Notes: a model not told the origin generated them from the sequence alone. A stretch of DNA of 64,000 nucleotides from Accumulibacter sp. (GCF_029255285.1 NZ_JAPUVI010000041.1:8986-72985), one strand, 5' to 3'. Positions 48,685 through 58,630 are shown, numbered from the stretch's first letter. Numbers and translations are program-made.

Positions 48685-49715
48685 TCCTCTTCCACGTGGC
48701 GCGCCTTCAGCGAACGCCAGAGCAGGACCGGGATGATCAGCGTGAAAACGATCACCTCCTTGAAGGCGCTGGCCCAGAACGAAGAATACGATTCGAGCAA
48801 GCCGACCAAAACGGCGCCAGCCGCCGCGACCGGATAACTTGCCAAGCCACCGATGATCGCGCCGACGAATCCCTTAAGGCCGATCACGAAGCCCGAGTCG
48901 TAGTAAATCGTCGTGATCGGCGAAATCAGGATGCCGGAAAAGGCACCGATCGAAGCGGCCAGAGTAAACGACAGCAGGCCGGCCAGCGATCCCGAAATAC
49001 CCATCAGGCGGGCACCGGTACGATTCATGGCCGTCGCCCGCAAGGCCTTGCCATAGATCGTCCGTTCGAAGAAAAAATAGAGGGCTACGATCAAGACGAC
49101 ACTGGCGACCACCACCAGGATCGTTTGTCCCTGCAACAGGGCATCGCCGATTTCCAAGCTGACGTCGGTAAACGGCGGCGTGCGCGAACCCTCGGCACCA
49201 AAGAACAGCAGGCCGATTCCGATCAGGGTCACGTGCACTGCCACCGAGACAATCAGCAGAACAAGCACCGAGGCTTCGGCGACTGGCTGATAGGCCAAAC
49301 GATAGATCATCGGGCCGAGCGGAACGACCAGCATCAAGGCCAGCAGCACCTGCACCGGCAATGGCAAGGTGGCCGCCGAAACGGCGAGCAACGCGCCGAC
49401 AAGCAGCAGCGGGACACCGCAACTGAGCAGCACGATCCACGGCAGTCGCTTGAACTGCCGGGCACGTATCGCCAGCGAGCCGTCAACCACGGCAATCACG
49501 GCGCCGAGCGCCAGCAGCAGCCAGACCGTTCCCGGCAGCCTGCCGGCCTGCAGGCTGGCCAGTGTCAGCGCGCCGTAGGCCACGAATTCGCCCTGCGGGA
49601 TGAAAATCACTCGCGTGACCGCAAAAACCAGAACCAGAGCCAGAGCCAGCAGCGCGTAAATGGCACCGTTGGTCAAACCGTCCTGCCCCAGCAGCAAGGC
49701 AATCTGCAAATCCAT
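48681..49715 (-). CDS. LivH-like ABC transporter permease
   Basis: Start at the ATG 49713-49715 (MDLQIALLLGQDGLTNGAIYAL...). The stop overlaps the next start (ATGA). Confidence 0.88.
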   Translation of the reverse strand: MDLQIALLLGQDGLTNGAIYALLALALVLVFAVTRVIFIPQGEFVAYGALTLASLQAGRLPGTVWLLLALGAVIAVVDGSLAIRARQFKRLPWIVLLSCGVPLLLVGALLAVSAATLPLPVQVLLALMLVVPLGPMIYRLAYQPVAEASVLVLLIVSVAVHVTLIGIGLLFFGAEGSRTPPFTDVSLEIGDALLQGQTILVVVASVVLIVALYFFFERTIYGKALRATAMNRTGARLMGISGSLAGLLSFTLAASIGAFSGILISPITTIYYDSGFVIGLKGFVGAIIGGLASYPVAAAGAVLVGLLESYSSFWASAFKEVIVFTLIIPVLLWRSLKARHVEEE

Positions 49716-49858
49716 CGAAGCCCTTCCAGTCGCGACCGGCAAGCCGCCGGGCCGTCAGCCATACTCATCAGGGCCCGGCTGTCCGACGGCGCCAACCATC
49801 CTCGCGGCCGACCACCACGGCGATCGCCGCCATGGGCGCCCAACAGCCGGCCAACCGT

Positions 49859-51013
49859 CTAGTGCACGAGCTTCCAGTTGCCGCCTTCAATCTTGACCAT
49901 GACGCGTGCACGTTGGTCGAAACCGAGATGATCCTGCGGGTTCATGTTGAAAACACCGTGCGTCACGGTGAGGTTCTTCGTTTTCTCGAGCGCCTCGCGC
50001 AGCGCCTTGCGGAACTCGGCCGTCCCCGGCTGAGCCTTCCTGAGGGCTTCGGGGATGGCGTTGGCGAGCAGCTTGGTGGCGTCCCAGGCGTGGGCGCCGA
50101 AGGTCGATACCGTTCCCTTGCCGTTCGCCGCCTCGTACTTGACAACGTATTCGAGCGCCGCTTTCTTGATCGGATTGCTGTCCGGCAGTTGTGTCGCGAC
50201 GAGTACCGGACCCGCCGGCAGGAACGTTCCCTCGCAATCCTTGCCGCAAACGCGCAGGAAATCGGCGTTCGCCACGCCGTGCGTCTGATACATGATTCCC
50301 TTGTAGCCCTTTTCCTTGAGCGCCTTCTGTGGCAAAGCGGCTGGCGTGCCGGCGCCACCGACGAGAACGGCATCCGGCTTGGCGGCCAGGATTTTCAGTA
50401 CCTGACCAGTAACCGACGTATCCGTACGATTGAAGCGCTCGTTGCCGACGATCTCGATCTTGCGCACCTCGGCGATCTTCGAAAACTCGTTCCACCAGCC
50501 TTCGCCATAAGCGTCGGCAAAACCGATGTAGGCCACCGTTTTCACGTTGTGGTTGGTCATGTGCTCGACGATCGCCGTCGCCATCTGCGCATCGTTCTGC
50601 GGCGTCTTGAAAACCCAGGCGCGCTTGGCGTCCATCGGCTCGATGATGCGCGCCGACGCGGCCATGGCGATCATTGGCGTTTCGGCCTCGGCGACCACGT
50701 CGATCATGGCCAGCGAGTTGGGCGACGTCGTCGAACCGATGACCACATCGACCTTGTTCTCGGCGATCAGCTTGCGCGTGTTCTTGACCGCCGTGGTGGT
50801 ATCCGAGGCATCGTCGAGCACGATGTAATTGATCTTCTGGCCGCTGATCGTGGTCGGCGCCAAGGCGAAGGTGTTCTTCTCGGGAATGCCGAGCGATGCC
50901 GCCGGCCCGGTGGCCGACAGCGTCACGCCAACGTTGATGTCGGCTTGCACGGCGGCGGCAAAGGCGACGCCCAGGACGGCCAGCAGCCGGGCAATGGATG
51001 ATTTTGTTTTCAT
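49859..51013 (-). CDS. ABC transporter periplasmic substrate-binding protein (LivK/Leu-Ile-Val-binding family)
   Basis: Start at the ATG 51011-51013. Signal peptide MKTKSSIARLLAVLGVAFAAAVQA and a type I periplasmic binding fold. Confidence 0.9.
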   Translation of the reverse strand: MKTKSSIARLLAVLGVAFAAAVQADINVGVTLSATGPAASLGIPEKNTFALAPTTISGQKINYIVLDDASDTTTAVKNTRKLIAENKVDVVIGSTTSPNSLAMIDVVAEAETPMIAMAASARIIEPMDAKRAWVFKTPQNDAQMATAIVEHMTNHNVKTVAYIGFADAYGEGWWNEFSKIAEVRKIEIVGNERFNRTDTSVTGQVLKILAAKPDAVLVGGAGTPAALPQKALKEKGYKGIMYQTHGVANADFLRVCGKDCEGTFLPAGPVLVATQLPDSNPIKKAALEYVVKYEAANGKGTVSTFGAHAWDATKLLANAIPEALRKAQPGTAEFRKALREALEKTKNLTVTHGVFNMNPQDHLGFDQRARVMVKIEGGNWKLVH

Positions 51014-51070
51014 GGTCTCCCCCAACGCGATTGAGCGGTTCGATGGCCGCGCGACGGACGCACGGCAGAA

Positions 51071-51086
51071 TGCCATTGTGCGGCCA
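51071..51086 (-). promoter_or_regulatory. Possible sigma-54 (-24/-12) promoter upstream of the liv-like operon
   Basis: The minus strand reads TGGCCGCACAATGGCA, compared with the consensus TGGCACG-N4-TTGCW. The GG and GC dinucleotides have the correct 10-nt spacing. It lies about 55 nt upstream of the ATG. Confidence 0.25.
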
Positions 51087-51105
51087 GTGGATTGGCGAGA
51101 CAAGC

Positions 51106-51879
51106 CTAAATGAAAGTATCGAGCGCAAACTTGACGACAAAAGCGCTGACCACGCACAAAAAGGCCCAGCGAACGAATCCGCTGCCGTGACGCAGCGCGA
51201 GATGGGTGCCAAACAGCGAACCAAGAACGTTGCAGACCGCCATCAACAGCGCCAGAAGCGGCAGGAAATGGCCGTGCGGGACGAAGAAGCCAAGCGCCGC
51301 CAGATTGGTCGCCACGTTGACCACTTTCGCCGCCGCCGAAGCGTGCAGAAAATCGAAACCGAAAAAACGGACGAACAGGAAGATCAGGAAGCTGCCGGTC
51401 CCTGGCCCGAAGAAACCATCGTAAAAGCCGATCGCGCCACCGACGACGAGTGCGTAGGCCAGCTCGCGGCGTCCCTGGTGCTGGGGCCGGTGAAACGCTC
51501 CGAAATCGGGGCGTGCGAAGGTATAGACGGCGGCAGCGATCAACAGCAGCAGGATCAGGGGACGCAACAGCGCCGGCGGCAACCAGGCGACGGTCATCGC
51601 GCCGCCGTACGAACAAGCAAAGGCAGCCACCGCCGCTGGCAGGGTCGTGCGCCAGGGCATGCGAACGCGACGCGCATAACGCCAAGCGGCGTTACTGGTG
51701 CCGAAAACGCTGGCGAACTTGTTCGTGCCGAATAGCGTGGCTGGCCTCTCGTTCGGCAGGGCGTTGAACAGCGCTGGGATCTGGATCAATCCGCCGCCGC
51801 CCACGGCCGCATCGATGAAGCCGGCAAGAGTCGCTGCCGCGGCCAGTGCCAGCAGCACCGACTGATCGACGCCGGCCAT
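51106..51879 (-). CDS. TauE/SafE family sulfite/anion exporter
   Basis: Polytopic membrane protein with the typical GFIDAAVGGGGLIQIPAL N-terminus. Confidence 0.85.
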   Translation of the reverse strand: MAGVDQSVLLALAAAATLAGFIDAAVGGGGLIQIPALFNALPNERPATLFGTNKFASVFGTSNAAWRYARRVRMPWRTTLPAAVAAFACSYGGAMTVAWLPPALLRPLILLLLIAAAVYTFARPDFGAFHRPQHQGRRELAYALVVGGAIGFYDGFFGPGTGSFLIFLFVRFFGFDFLHASAAAKVVNVATNLAALGFFVPHGHFLPLLALLMAVCNVLGSLFGTHLALRHGSGFVRWAFLCVVSAFVVKFALDTFI

Positions 51880-51885
51880 CGCCGC

Positions 51886-52650
51886 TCAGCGCTGCGCGAT
51901 CAGGAAAATGCGCTTGAACGGGAAAAGCGTGTGACCATCCGGGCGTCGTGGATAGGCGACGGCCAGCCGTGCGCGATAGGCGGCCAGGAAGTGCTTGGCG
52001 GTCTTCATGTCGAGACGGGCCAGGTAGGGTACCAAAGTCGTTCCCTTCATCCACTCGACAACCGCGTCGTCGCCGCTGAGCGCCTGCCAGTAGGTCGTCT
52101 CCCACACCTCCAAGCGCTGGCTGAGCGGCGTCAACAAGTCATGATACTCGGCGGCGGGCAGCACGGCGCCCATGCGCACCCCCTCGAAAGCCTCCTGCCA
52201 GCCGGGATCACCGGCCAGTTCAAGGAGAATCCGATGCGAAGGTGCGTTGAAGTTCGCCGGCATCTGTACCGCCAGGACACCGCCCGGAGCCAATTGCCCG
52301 ATCAAGCTAGGCAACAGGCGCCGGTGATCGTCCAGCCAGTGCAAAGCGGCATTCGAAAAGATCAGATCCGGCGCGTCTGTAGCTTGCCACGTGGCAATGT
52401 CGGCCTGCCGCCACTCGATCGGCGGCGACGCCGTAGCGGAAGCTTTCTCGAGCATCGCCTGATCGCTGTCGATGCCGACGATCCGCGCCGCCGGCCAGTG
52501 CTCGGCCAGCAGTTGTGTGATATTGCCGGTACCGCAACCAAGATCGACAATGGACGCCGCCGACTTGCCGCCCATTCTGACCAAGAGGTCCAGCGCCGGC
52601 CGTCGACGGGCCTCGACGAATTTGAGGTACTGCTCCGGATCCCAGTTCAT
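51886..52650 (-). CDS. tam: Trans-aconitate 2-methyltransferase
   Basis: Start at the ATG 52648-52650 with a GGGA RBS at suitable spacing. MNWDPEQYLKF...VDLGCGTGN...WPAARIVGIDS..ML parallels E. coli Tam. Confidence 0.85.
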   Translation of the reverse strand: MNWDPEQYLKFVEARRRPALDLLVRMGGKSAASIVDLGCGTGNITQLLAEHWPAARIVGIDSDQAMLEKASATASPPIEWRQADIATWQATDAPDLIFSNAALHWLDDHRRLLPSLIGQLAPGGVLAVQMPANFNAPSHRILLELAGDPGWQEAFEGVRMGAVLPAAEYHDLLTPLSQRLEVWETTYWQALSGDDAVVEWMKGTTLVPYLARLDMKTAKHFLAAYRARLAVAYPRRPDGHTLFPFKRIFLIAQR

Positions 52651-53144
52651 CCTCATTCCCTTTCGCCGTCCCGGCTGGAAGCGTGGCCGGGACAGTCCAC
52701 ATTCCGGCCACGGCCAGTTCACAAAAAAGCCTTGCCCAGTGCGGCTGGCCAAGCGGTCGACAGCTCAGCGGCGGCGGCCATCCTGCCGCTCTTCGTCGCC
52801 TGCCGCGTCGATCGGGATGGGCGACGCACCACCAACAAGTCCCCGGGCCGCCAGAGTATCGCAGGTTTCCTCGCTCATGCCGAGCATTGCGCGCGGGACC
52901 GCTCACCACGCGTCCATTGGGTCTCGAAGACGGAGGAAACGGCAGATGTCCGTTCGCAATAACGAGTGCGCTAGCGATTCCCGCCAGTTGCTCCGTATTT
53001 TTCGCTGCGTCGGGTCGACGGCGGGCCTTCAACATGGCCGATCACACCACCGACGACCCTGGTTTGTTAGAGCAGCGCACCGAGGAAACACGCTTCGCGG
53101 TGTGGTAGCGGGGCGGGATGACTATCGAAAACAGGCAATTGGCT

Positions 53145-53174
53145 CTTGGATTCTCGGCAGCACTGTGTTTATAA
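53145..53174 (+). promoter_or_regulatory. rpsU promoter TTGGAT-N18-TATAAT
   Basis: The -35 is at 53145-53150 and the -10 at 53169-53174, about 48 nt upstream of the rpsU ATG. Confidence 0.5.
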
Positions 53175-53221
53175 TGTGCGGCTAAACTGTGATGTGATCT
53201 TTTTGACCTTGGGATGAGTCG

Positions 53222-53434
53222 ATGCCTGCAATCCGCGTTAAGGAAAATGAGCCGTTCGAAGTTGCGATTCGCCGTTTCAAGCGCACCGTTGAGAAAACCG
53301 GTCTGTTGACCGAGCTCAGAGCGCGCGAGTTCTACGAGAAGCCCACCGCCGAACGCAAGCGCAAGCTGGCCGCCGCGGTCAAACGGCACCACAAACGGAT
53401 GCGCAGCCAGACCTTGCCGCCCAAGCTCTACTAG
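53222..53434 (+). CDS. rpsU: 30S ribosomal protein S21
   Basis: [42 protein letters not shown] is canonical S21. Confidence 0.95.
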   Translation: MPAIRVKENEPFEVAIRRFKRTVEKTGLLTELRAREFYEKPTAERKRKLAAAVKRHHKRMRSQTLPPKLY

Positions 53435-53458
53435 CCACAGCCGCTTGCTTCTCTCTGG

Positions 53459-53488
53459 ACAGCCGTCCGTCTGAAGATGGGCGGCTGT
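53459..53488 (+). terminator. Hairpin between rpsU and dnaG (possible partial terminator)
   Basis: ACAGCCG / CGGCTGT forms a 7-bp stem with a large loop, followed by TGGCGTTTCTGG. This is analogous in position to the E. coli rpsU-dnaG attenuating terminator. Confidence 0.4.
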
Positions 53489-53576
53489 TGGCGTTTCTGG
53501 AATTGCCGGAAAACCGCCTGATCGACATTGAAGAGTGGCTTCGCCTCGCTTCACCACCCGCCCGAGGAAGCTCTGG

Positions 53577-55322
53577 ATGATCCCGGACTCCTTCATTCAG
53601 GAACTGCTTTACCGCATTGATGTCGTCGACCTGATCGACGCTTACGTGCCACTGAAGAAGGCGGGCGCCAACTTTGCCGCATGCTGCCCCTTCCACAGCG
53701 AGAAGTCGCCGTCCTTCACGGTCAGTCCGAGCAAGCAGTTCTACCACTGCTTCGGCTGCGGCGCCCACGGCACGGCGATCGGCTTTGTGATGGAGTATAC
53801 CGGGGTCGGCTTCGTCGAAGCGATTCGGGAACTCGCCGCTCGCGTCGGCCTGCCGCTTCCTGACCAACCGAGCCTGACGGCGCAGAGCGAACCGCCATCG
53901 CGAGCGCTCAGCGCGCTCATGGCACGGGCCGCAAAGTTCTACTACGAGCAGCTCAAAGCTTCGGAAAAGGCGGTGTCCTACCTCAAGGCGCGCGGAGTGC
54001 GCGGGGAAATCGCCCGCCGTTTCGGCCTCGGCTACGCGCCGGAAGGATGGCAGAACCTGGCAGTGGCCTTTGACGACTATGCCGATCGCGATTTGCAGCT
54101 CGCCGGTCTGGTCGTCAGGAACGAGCAGGGACGGCTCTACGATCGCTTCCGCGACCGGGTGATGTTTCCGATCGTCAATCAGAAGGGCGAGGTGATCGCC
54201 TTCGGTGGCCGCGTTCTCGAGCAAGGCGAGCCGAAGTACTTGAACTCGCCCGAGACGCCGCTTTTCGAAAAGGGTCGCGAGGTCTTCGGCCTGCCGCAGG
54301 CGCGCGCCGCGATTCGCGAAAGCGGGGTGGCGATCGTCGTCGAGGGCTATATGGACGTCATCGCACTGGCCGAGCATGGCGTCGGCAACGCCATCGCTAC
54401 GCTCGGCACGGCGACCACGCCGACGCACGTGCAGAAGCTGCTGCGCCAGGCCGAGCGCTTGGTTTTCTGCTTTGACGGTGACGCTGCGGGACGTAAAGCC
54501 GCTTGGCGCGCACTGGAAAATAGCCTGGAAGCGCTCCCAGAACAGAAGAGCATCGGTTTTGCCTTCCTGCCCGATGGCGAGGACCCGGACAGCTTCGTCC
54601 GACAGCGCGGTAGTGAGGGCTTTCAGCGGCTGCTCGCCGAAGCGATGCCACTATCGGATTTTCTGCTGCGCGAACTCGCCGGGCGCTGCGACCTCGGCAC
54701 GGCGGAGGGTCGTGCGCGCTTGGTAAGCGAGAGCAAGCCACTACTCGGCCGCCTGCGGGCGCCACTGCTGAGACTGCAACTGGTGAAACGCCTGACCGAG
54801 GCCAGCGGTTTTTCGCAGGCCGAAGTCGAGCGGCTGTGCGAGCTGCGCCCGGTCGCCCGGCCAGCGCCCGCACGCGTGCCACGTCAGGCGCCCTCGCTGT
54901 TGCGGCCCTTGTTACGTCTGCTGCTCCAGAAACCTCAGCTCGCTTCGCGCCTGCCGCTCGAATTGCTACCGGACGACTCCGCGGAAAGCCGGGCGGTGCG
55001 CCTGTTGTGCGACACGATCGGGGTCGGCGAAGCGGCAACGCTGGCCTATCCGACTTTGTTGGAAAAGCTTCGAGGCAACGAGTACGAGCAGCTTCTGCAG
55101 ACGGCGGCGGCTGAACTAATGCAGCAGCCATTTGCCGAAAGCGAGATCGACGACGAGTTTGCCGGCACGCTCAAACAACTGGCCGGTAGCGAACAACGAC
55201 GCGCTTTCGCGCGTTTGCAGGAAAAAATTCAGCGACTTGGCGTCAAGGGCTTGTCGAGCGAAGAGAAGGAGCAGTACCTGCAGGTGCTGGCAGCACGCGA
55301 GCGTGGGCAGCCGTGCCCATGA
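53577..55322 (+). CDS. dnaG: DNA primase
   Basis: Start at the ATG 53577 with a GAGGAAG RBS. Zinc ribbon CPFHSEKSPSFTVSPSKQFYHCFGCGAHG and a TOPRIM domain (EGYMDVIAL, CFDGDAAGRKAA). Confidence 0.93.
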   Translation: MIPDSFIQELLYRIDVVDLIDAYVPLKKAGANFAACCPFHSEKSPSFTVSPSKQFYHCFGCGAHGTAIGFVMEYTGVGFVEAIRELAARVGLPLPDQPSLTAQSEPPSRALSALMARAAKFYYEQLKASEKAVSYLKARGVRGEIARRFGLGYAPEGWQNLAVAFDDYADRDLQLAGLVVRNEQGRLYDRFRDRVMFPIVNQKGEVIAFGGRVLEQGEPKYLNSPETPLFEKGREVFGLPQARAAIRESGVAIVVEGYMDVIALAEHGVGNAIATLGTATTPTHVQKLLRQAERLVFCFDGDAAGRKAAWRALENSLEALPEQKSIGFAFLPDGEDPDSFVRQRGSEGFQRLLAEAMPLSDFLLRELAGRCDLGTAEGRARLVSESKPLLGRLRAPLLRLQLVKRLTEASGFSQAEVERLCELRPVARPAPARVPRQAPSLLRPLLRLLLQKPQLASRLPLELLPDDSAESRAVRLLCDTIGVGEAATLAYPTLLEKLRGNEYEQLLQTAAAELMQQPFAESEIDDEFAGTLKQLAGSEQRRAFARLQEKIQRLGVKGLSSEEKEQYLQVLAARERGQPCP

Positions 55323-55326
55323 AGTG

Positions 55327-55335
55327 TGCTAGAAT
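55327..55335 (+). promoter_or_regulatory. Extended -10 element TGcTAGAAT immediately upstream of rpoD
   Basis: TGCTAGAAT at 55327-55335, between the dnaG stop (55320-55322) and the rpoD ATG (55368). Confidence 0.35.
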
Positions 55336-55367
55336 TTAGGGTTTACCAGTTCAACGCTATCCGGGAA

Positions 55368-57320
55368 ATGGCCATGGCAAGGGAAAAGGCGGTAACGACG
55401 AAGGCGGCGAAGGCAAAGGCAGCGGCCGATCTCCTGGCGCAGGTCGGTACGCAACCGACGCCGGTGGACGACGAGACGCGCAAGATGCGTCTCAAGACGC
55501 TGATCAAGCTGGGCAAGGAGCGCGGCTTTCTGACCTACGCCGAAATCAACGACCATCTGCCGGACGATGTCGTCGATGCCGAGCAGATCGAAAGCATCAT
55601 CAGCACTTTCAACGACATGGGAATCCAGGTCTACGACGAGGCTCCCGACGCGGAAACGCTGTTGATGTCGGATGCCGCGCCGGCTGCCGGGGCCGACGAT
55701 GCCGACGTCGAGGAACAGGCCGAGCAGGCGTTGTCAACCGTGGACTCGGAGTTCGGTCGGACTACCGACCCGGTGCGTATGTACATGCGCGAGATGGGTT
55801 CGGTTGAGCTGCTGACCCGAGAAGGTGAAATCGAAATCGCCAAGCGTATCGAAGACGGCCTGAAGCACATGATTCAGGCGATTTCTGCCTGCCCGACGAC
55901 CATCGCCGAGATTCTCAACTGCGCCGACCGCATCGCGCGCGACGAAATGCGCATCGATGAGTTGATCGACGGGCTGATCGACCCAGATACCAGCGGCTCG
56001 CTTGAGGAGCTTGCCGAGGAACTGGCGAGCGAAGCCGAGGAGGAGGACGAAGAAACGGCGGAAGCGGTGGAAGGGGCGGCAGCGGCGGCATCGCTGCTGA
56101 AGCTCAAAACCGAGGGGCTGGAAAGACTGGAAGCGATCCGGACCGGCTACACCAAGGCGCATGCTTTGCTGCTCCGGAAAGGTTCGCAGGACAAGGGCTA
56201 CCTGCAGATCCAGCAGGAGATCTCGGAAGAGATGATGGGCATCCGCTTTACCTCGAAGACCATCGAGCGCCTGTGCGATTCGGTACGCGCGATGGTCGAG
56301 GAAGCGCGTGCCTGTGAGCGCAAGATCCAGCGCATCTGCGTCGACACGGTTCGTATGCCGCGCGCGCATTTCATCAAGGTATTCCCGGGCAACGAACTCA
56401 ACATCGACTGGGTGGACGCCGAGATCGCCACGGCCGGCAAGACCTATGGCGCGATTCTTTCGCGCAATGCACCGAACATCAAGGAAGAACAGAGAAAGTT
56501 GCTGGCTCTGCAGGACCGCATCGGCATTCCCTTGCGCGAACTGAAGGACATCAACAAGCAGATGTCGACCGGCGAAGCGAAAGCTCGCCGCGCCAAGCGG
56601 GAAATGACCGAAGCGAATCTTCGGCTGGTAATCTCGATCGCCAAGAAGTATACCAACCGCGGCCTGCAGTTTCTCGATCTGATCCAGGAAGGCAACATAG
56701 GCCTGATGAAAGCGGTCGATAAGTTCGAGTATCGGCGCGGTTATAAGTTCTCGACCTACGCCACGTGGTGGATTCGGCAGGCCATCACACGCTCGATTGC
56801 CGATCAAGCGCGGACGATTCGCATCCCGGTGCACATGATCGAAACGATCAACAAAATGAACCGCATCTCACGGCAGATTCTCCAGGAGACCGGTCTCGAA
56901 GCGGATCCGGCGACGCTGGCGAAGAAGATGGAGATGCCTGAAGAGAAGATTCGCAAGATCCTGAAGATCAGCAAGGAGCCGATCTCGATGGAAACGCCGA
57001 TCGGTGACGACGATGACTCGCACCTGGGAGATTTCATCGAGGATCACGCGACGCTGGCGCCGACCGAAGCCGCTCTTTACTCCAGCCTGCGCTTCATTAC
57101 CAAGGATGTGCTCGACACGCTCACTCCGCGTGAAGCCAAGGTGCTGCGCATGCGCTTCGGCATCGAAATGAATACCGACCACACGCTCGAGGAGGTCGGC
57201 AAGCAGTTCGACGTTACCCGCGAACGCATACGTCAGATCGAAGCCAAAGCGCTGCGCAAGCTTCGCCACCCGTCACGTTCCGACAAACTGCGCAGCTTCC
57301 TCGACAGCGGCAATAGCTGA
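55368..57320 (+). CDS. rpoD: RNA polymerase primary sigma factor sigma-70
   Basis: Start at the ATG 55368. Acidic region 1. Region 2 block [39 protein letters not shown]. Region 4 [30 protein letters not shown]. Confidence 0.95.
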   Translation: MAMAREKAVTTKAAKAKAAADLLAQVGTQPTPVDDETRKMRLKTLIKLGKERGFLTYAEINDHLPDDVVDAEQIESIISTFNDMGIQVYDEAPDAETLLMSDAAPAAGADDADVEEQAEQALSTVDSEFGRTTDPVRMYMREMGSVELLTREGEIEIAKRIEDGLKHMIQAISACPTTIAEILNCADRIARDEMRIDELIDGLIDPDTSGSLEELAEELASEAEEEDEETAEAVEGAAAAASLLKLKTEGLERLEAIRTGYTKAHALLLRKGSQDKGYLQIQQEISEEMMGIRFTSKTIERLCDSVRAMVEEARACERKIQRICVDTVRMPRAHFIKVFPGNELNIDWVDAEIATAGKTYGAILSRNAPNIKEEQRKLLALQDRIGIPLRELKDINKQMSTGEAKARRAKREMTEANLRLVISIAKKYTNRGLQFLDLIQEGNIGLMKAVDKFEYRRGYKFSTYATWWIRQAITRSIADQARTIRIPVHMIETINKMNRISRQILQETGLEADPATLAKKMEMPEEKIRKILKISKEPISMETPIGDDDDSHLGDFIEDHATLAPTEAALYSSLRFITKDVLDTLTPREAKVLRMRFGIEMNTDHTLEEVGKQFDVTRERIRQIEAKALRKLRHPSRSDKLRSFLDSGNS

Positions 57321-57350
57321 CGGGGCGACCATCCGGTAGCGCTAGAAGAA

Positions 57351-57367
57351 GGGGGCGCGAGGCCCCC
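57351..57367. terminator. GC-rich hairpin between the convergent rpoD and PEP-CTERM genes
   Basis: GGGGGC-gcgag-GCCCCC. A T-rich tail (TTCTTCT) is present only on the minus strand. Confidence 0.45.
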
Positions 57368-57396
57368 CTGCAGGCGACAGAGACTGGCTGCGCGGT

Positions 57397-58248
57397 TCAA
57401 CCCGGCGCGATTTCCTTGCCACGGCGGCTCACCAGTCCGCAGAAACCCAGTCCCATCAAGGCCAGCGTCGCCGGCTCCGGGACGATGCCCGGTGGGTCGA
57501 CGAAAATACTGTCGTTGGCGCAGTTCTCGGTCCAGTGGATGTCGAAGGCCTCGCCATCGTGCCAGCCTCCGGATCTCAAGAGGGCCAGATCGACGCTCAT
57601 TTCGTAGAAGTAATGTCGGTCCCCGGGGTTCGCACCGTAGCCCGGCTGGCCGCTAGTGGTATAGGCCAGCGTCGCCAGCCCCACCGCCGTACCGGCGAGC
57701 AGATGCGTCGGGTGAGCCATGTCGGGAGCGTAGCGAGCGGACTCCGGCGACGTGTGGTGGCCATTCTTGTCCCACAGCCCATAGGCCCAGGTCGGGTCCT
57801 TGTATACGCCTCCTTCGACACCGAAAGACTCGAAAACGGGAGCACCGCCGCGGGCGACGCTGTTGACCTGCTTGATGTTGATGCCAAGGTCGAAGGTTCC
57901 GTCTTTCCTGAAATCGATCGCGAAATCGCCGGCACCATAGCTGTTGGCGCCAGGGTTGTTCACCGTTCGCGGGTTGTGACCAGTCGCCAGGGCGATGTAC
58001 AGCCGGCCGTCCGCGATCTTGGCATACAGCGCCTCCGCGTCGTAGGCTTGTCCACCCCAGCCCGGATTCAGATAATAGGCGCCGGCTCCCACTTGGTCGT
58101 CAATCGCGTATTCGATGCCGGGGGATGGAACCCAGGTTGTGTGGTTTACTCCCCAGTCGACGAGATTTCCGTCGATCGTAAAGGCCGCCGTCGGCAGGCT
58201 GCCGGTCGCGGCAAGGGTGGCAATAGCGAGGGCGATAGTCCTTTTCAT
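57397..58248 (-). CDS. PEP-CTERM sorting-domain secreted protein
   Basis: Start at the ATG 58246-58248. Signal peptide MKRTIALAIATLAATGSLPTAA. C-terminal VPEPATLALMGLGFCGLVSRRGK is the PEP-CTERM motif plus TM and basic tail. Confidence 0.8.
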   Translation of the reverse strand: MKRTIALAIATLAATGSLPTAAFTIDGNLVDWGVNHTTWVPSPGIEYAIDDQVGAGAYYLNPGWGGQAYDAEALYAKIADGRLYIALATGHNPRTVNNPGANSYGAGDFAIDFRKDGTFDLGINIKQVNSVARGGAPVFESFGVEGGVYKDPTWAYGLWDKNGHHTSPESARYAPDMAHPTHLLAGTAVGLATLAYTTSGQPGYGANPGDRHYFYEMSVDLALLRSGGWHDGEAFDIHWTENCANDSIFVDPPGIVPEPATLALMGLGFCGLVSRRGKEIAPG

Positions 58249-58630
58249 GGGGATACTTTCTCTAATCCGCTTGTGGTTGAGGTTATCGAGCCGACGCGCC
58301 TCACGGGGTAATGGCACGGCTCGTCTACGCCATGCAGTGTCTCGCCAAGCGGCCACCGACGGCTATGAACTACTGCACAGCACGCCGATACGGTGTCTAT
58401 AATGGATCTGAATACCCGCTTTACCCTTACCGGCATCTCCCGAGTCCCACACGGCAACAACCCCGCCTCCCGTGGCACATCCCGGCGACCCATTGAGTGC
58501 GTCCAACCAACTATCGATTCGCAACGCGTTGCAATGATGTGCGAGCAAGACCAGGATCCGGCCTTTGGCTACTCCCTGATCGCCGCGACAAGTCGGGCCG
58601 GCGCTCGGCTCCGTGGTCGAAAGGTCATCG

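Noticed and set aside
52765-52887. A 40-codon minus-strand ORF (MLGMSEETCDTLAARGLVGGASPIPIDAAGDEERQDGRRR) in the 470-bp tam/rpsU divergent region, with gene-like GC3.
   Set aside because: It is too short, has no RBS that I could see and no recognisable motif. It could be a remnant of a decayed gene, but that cannot be supported from sequence alone.
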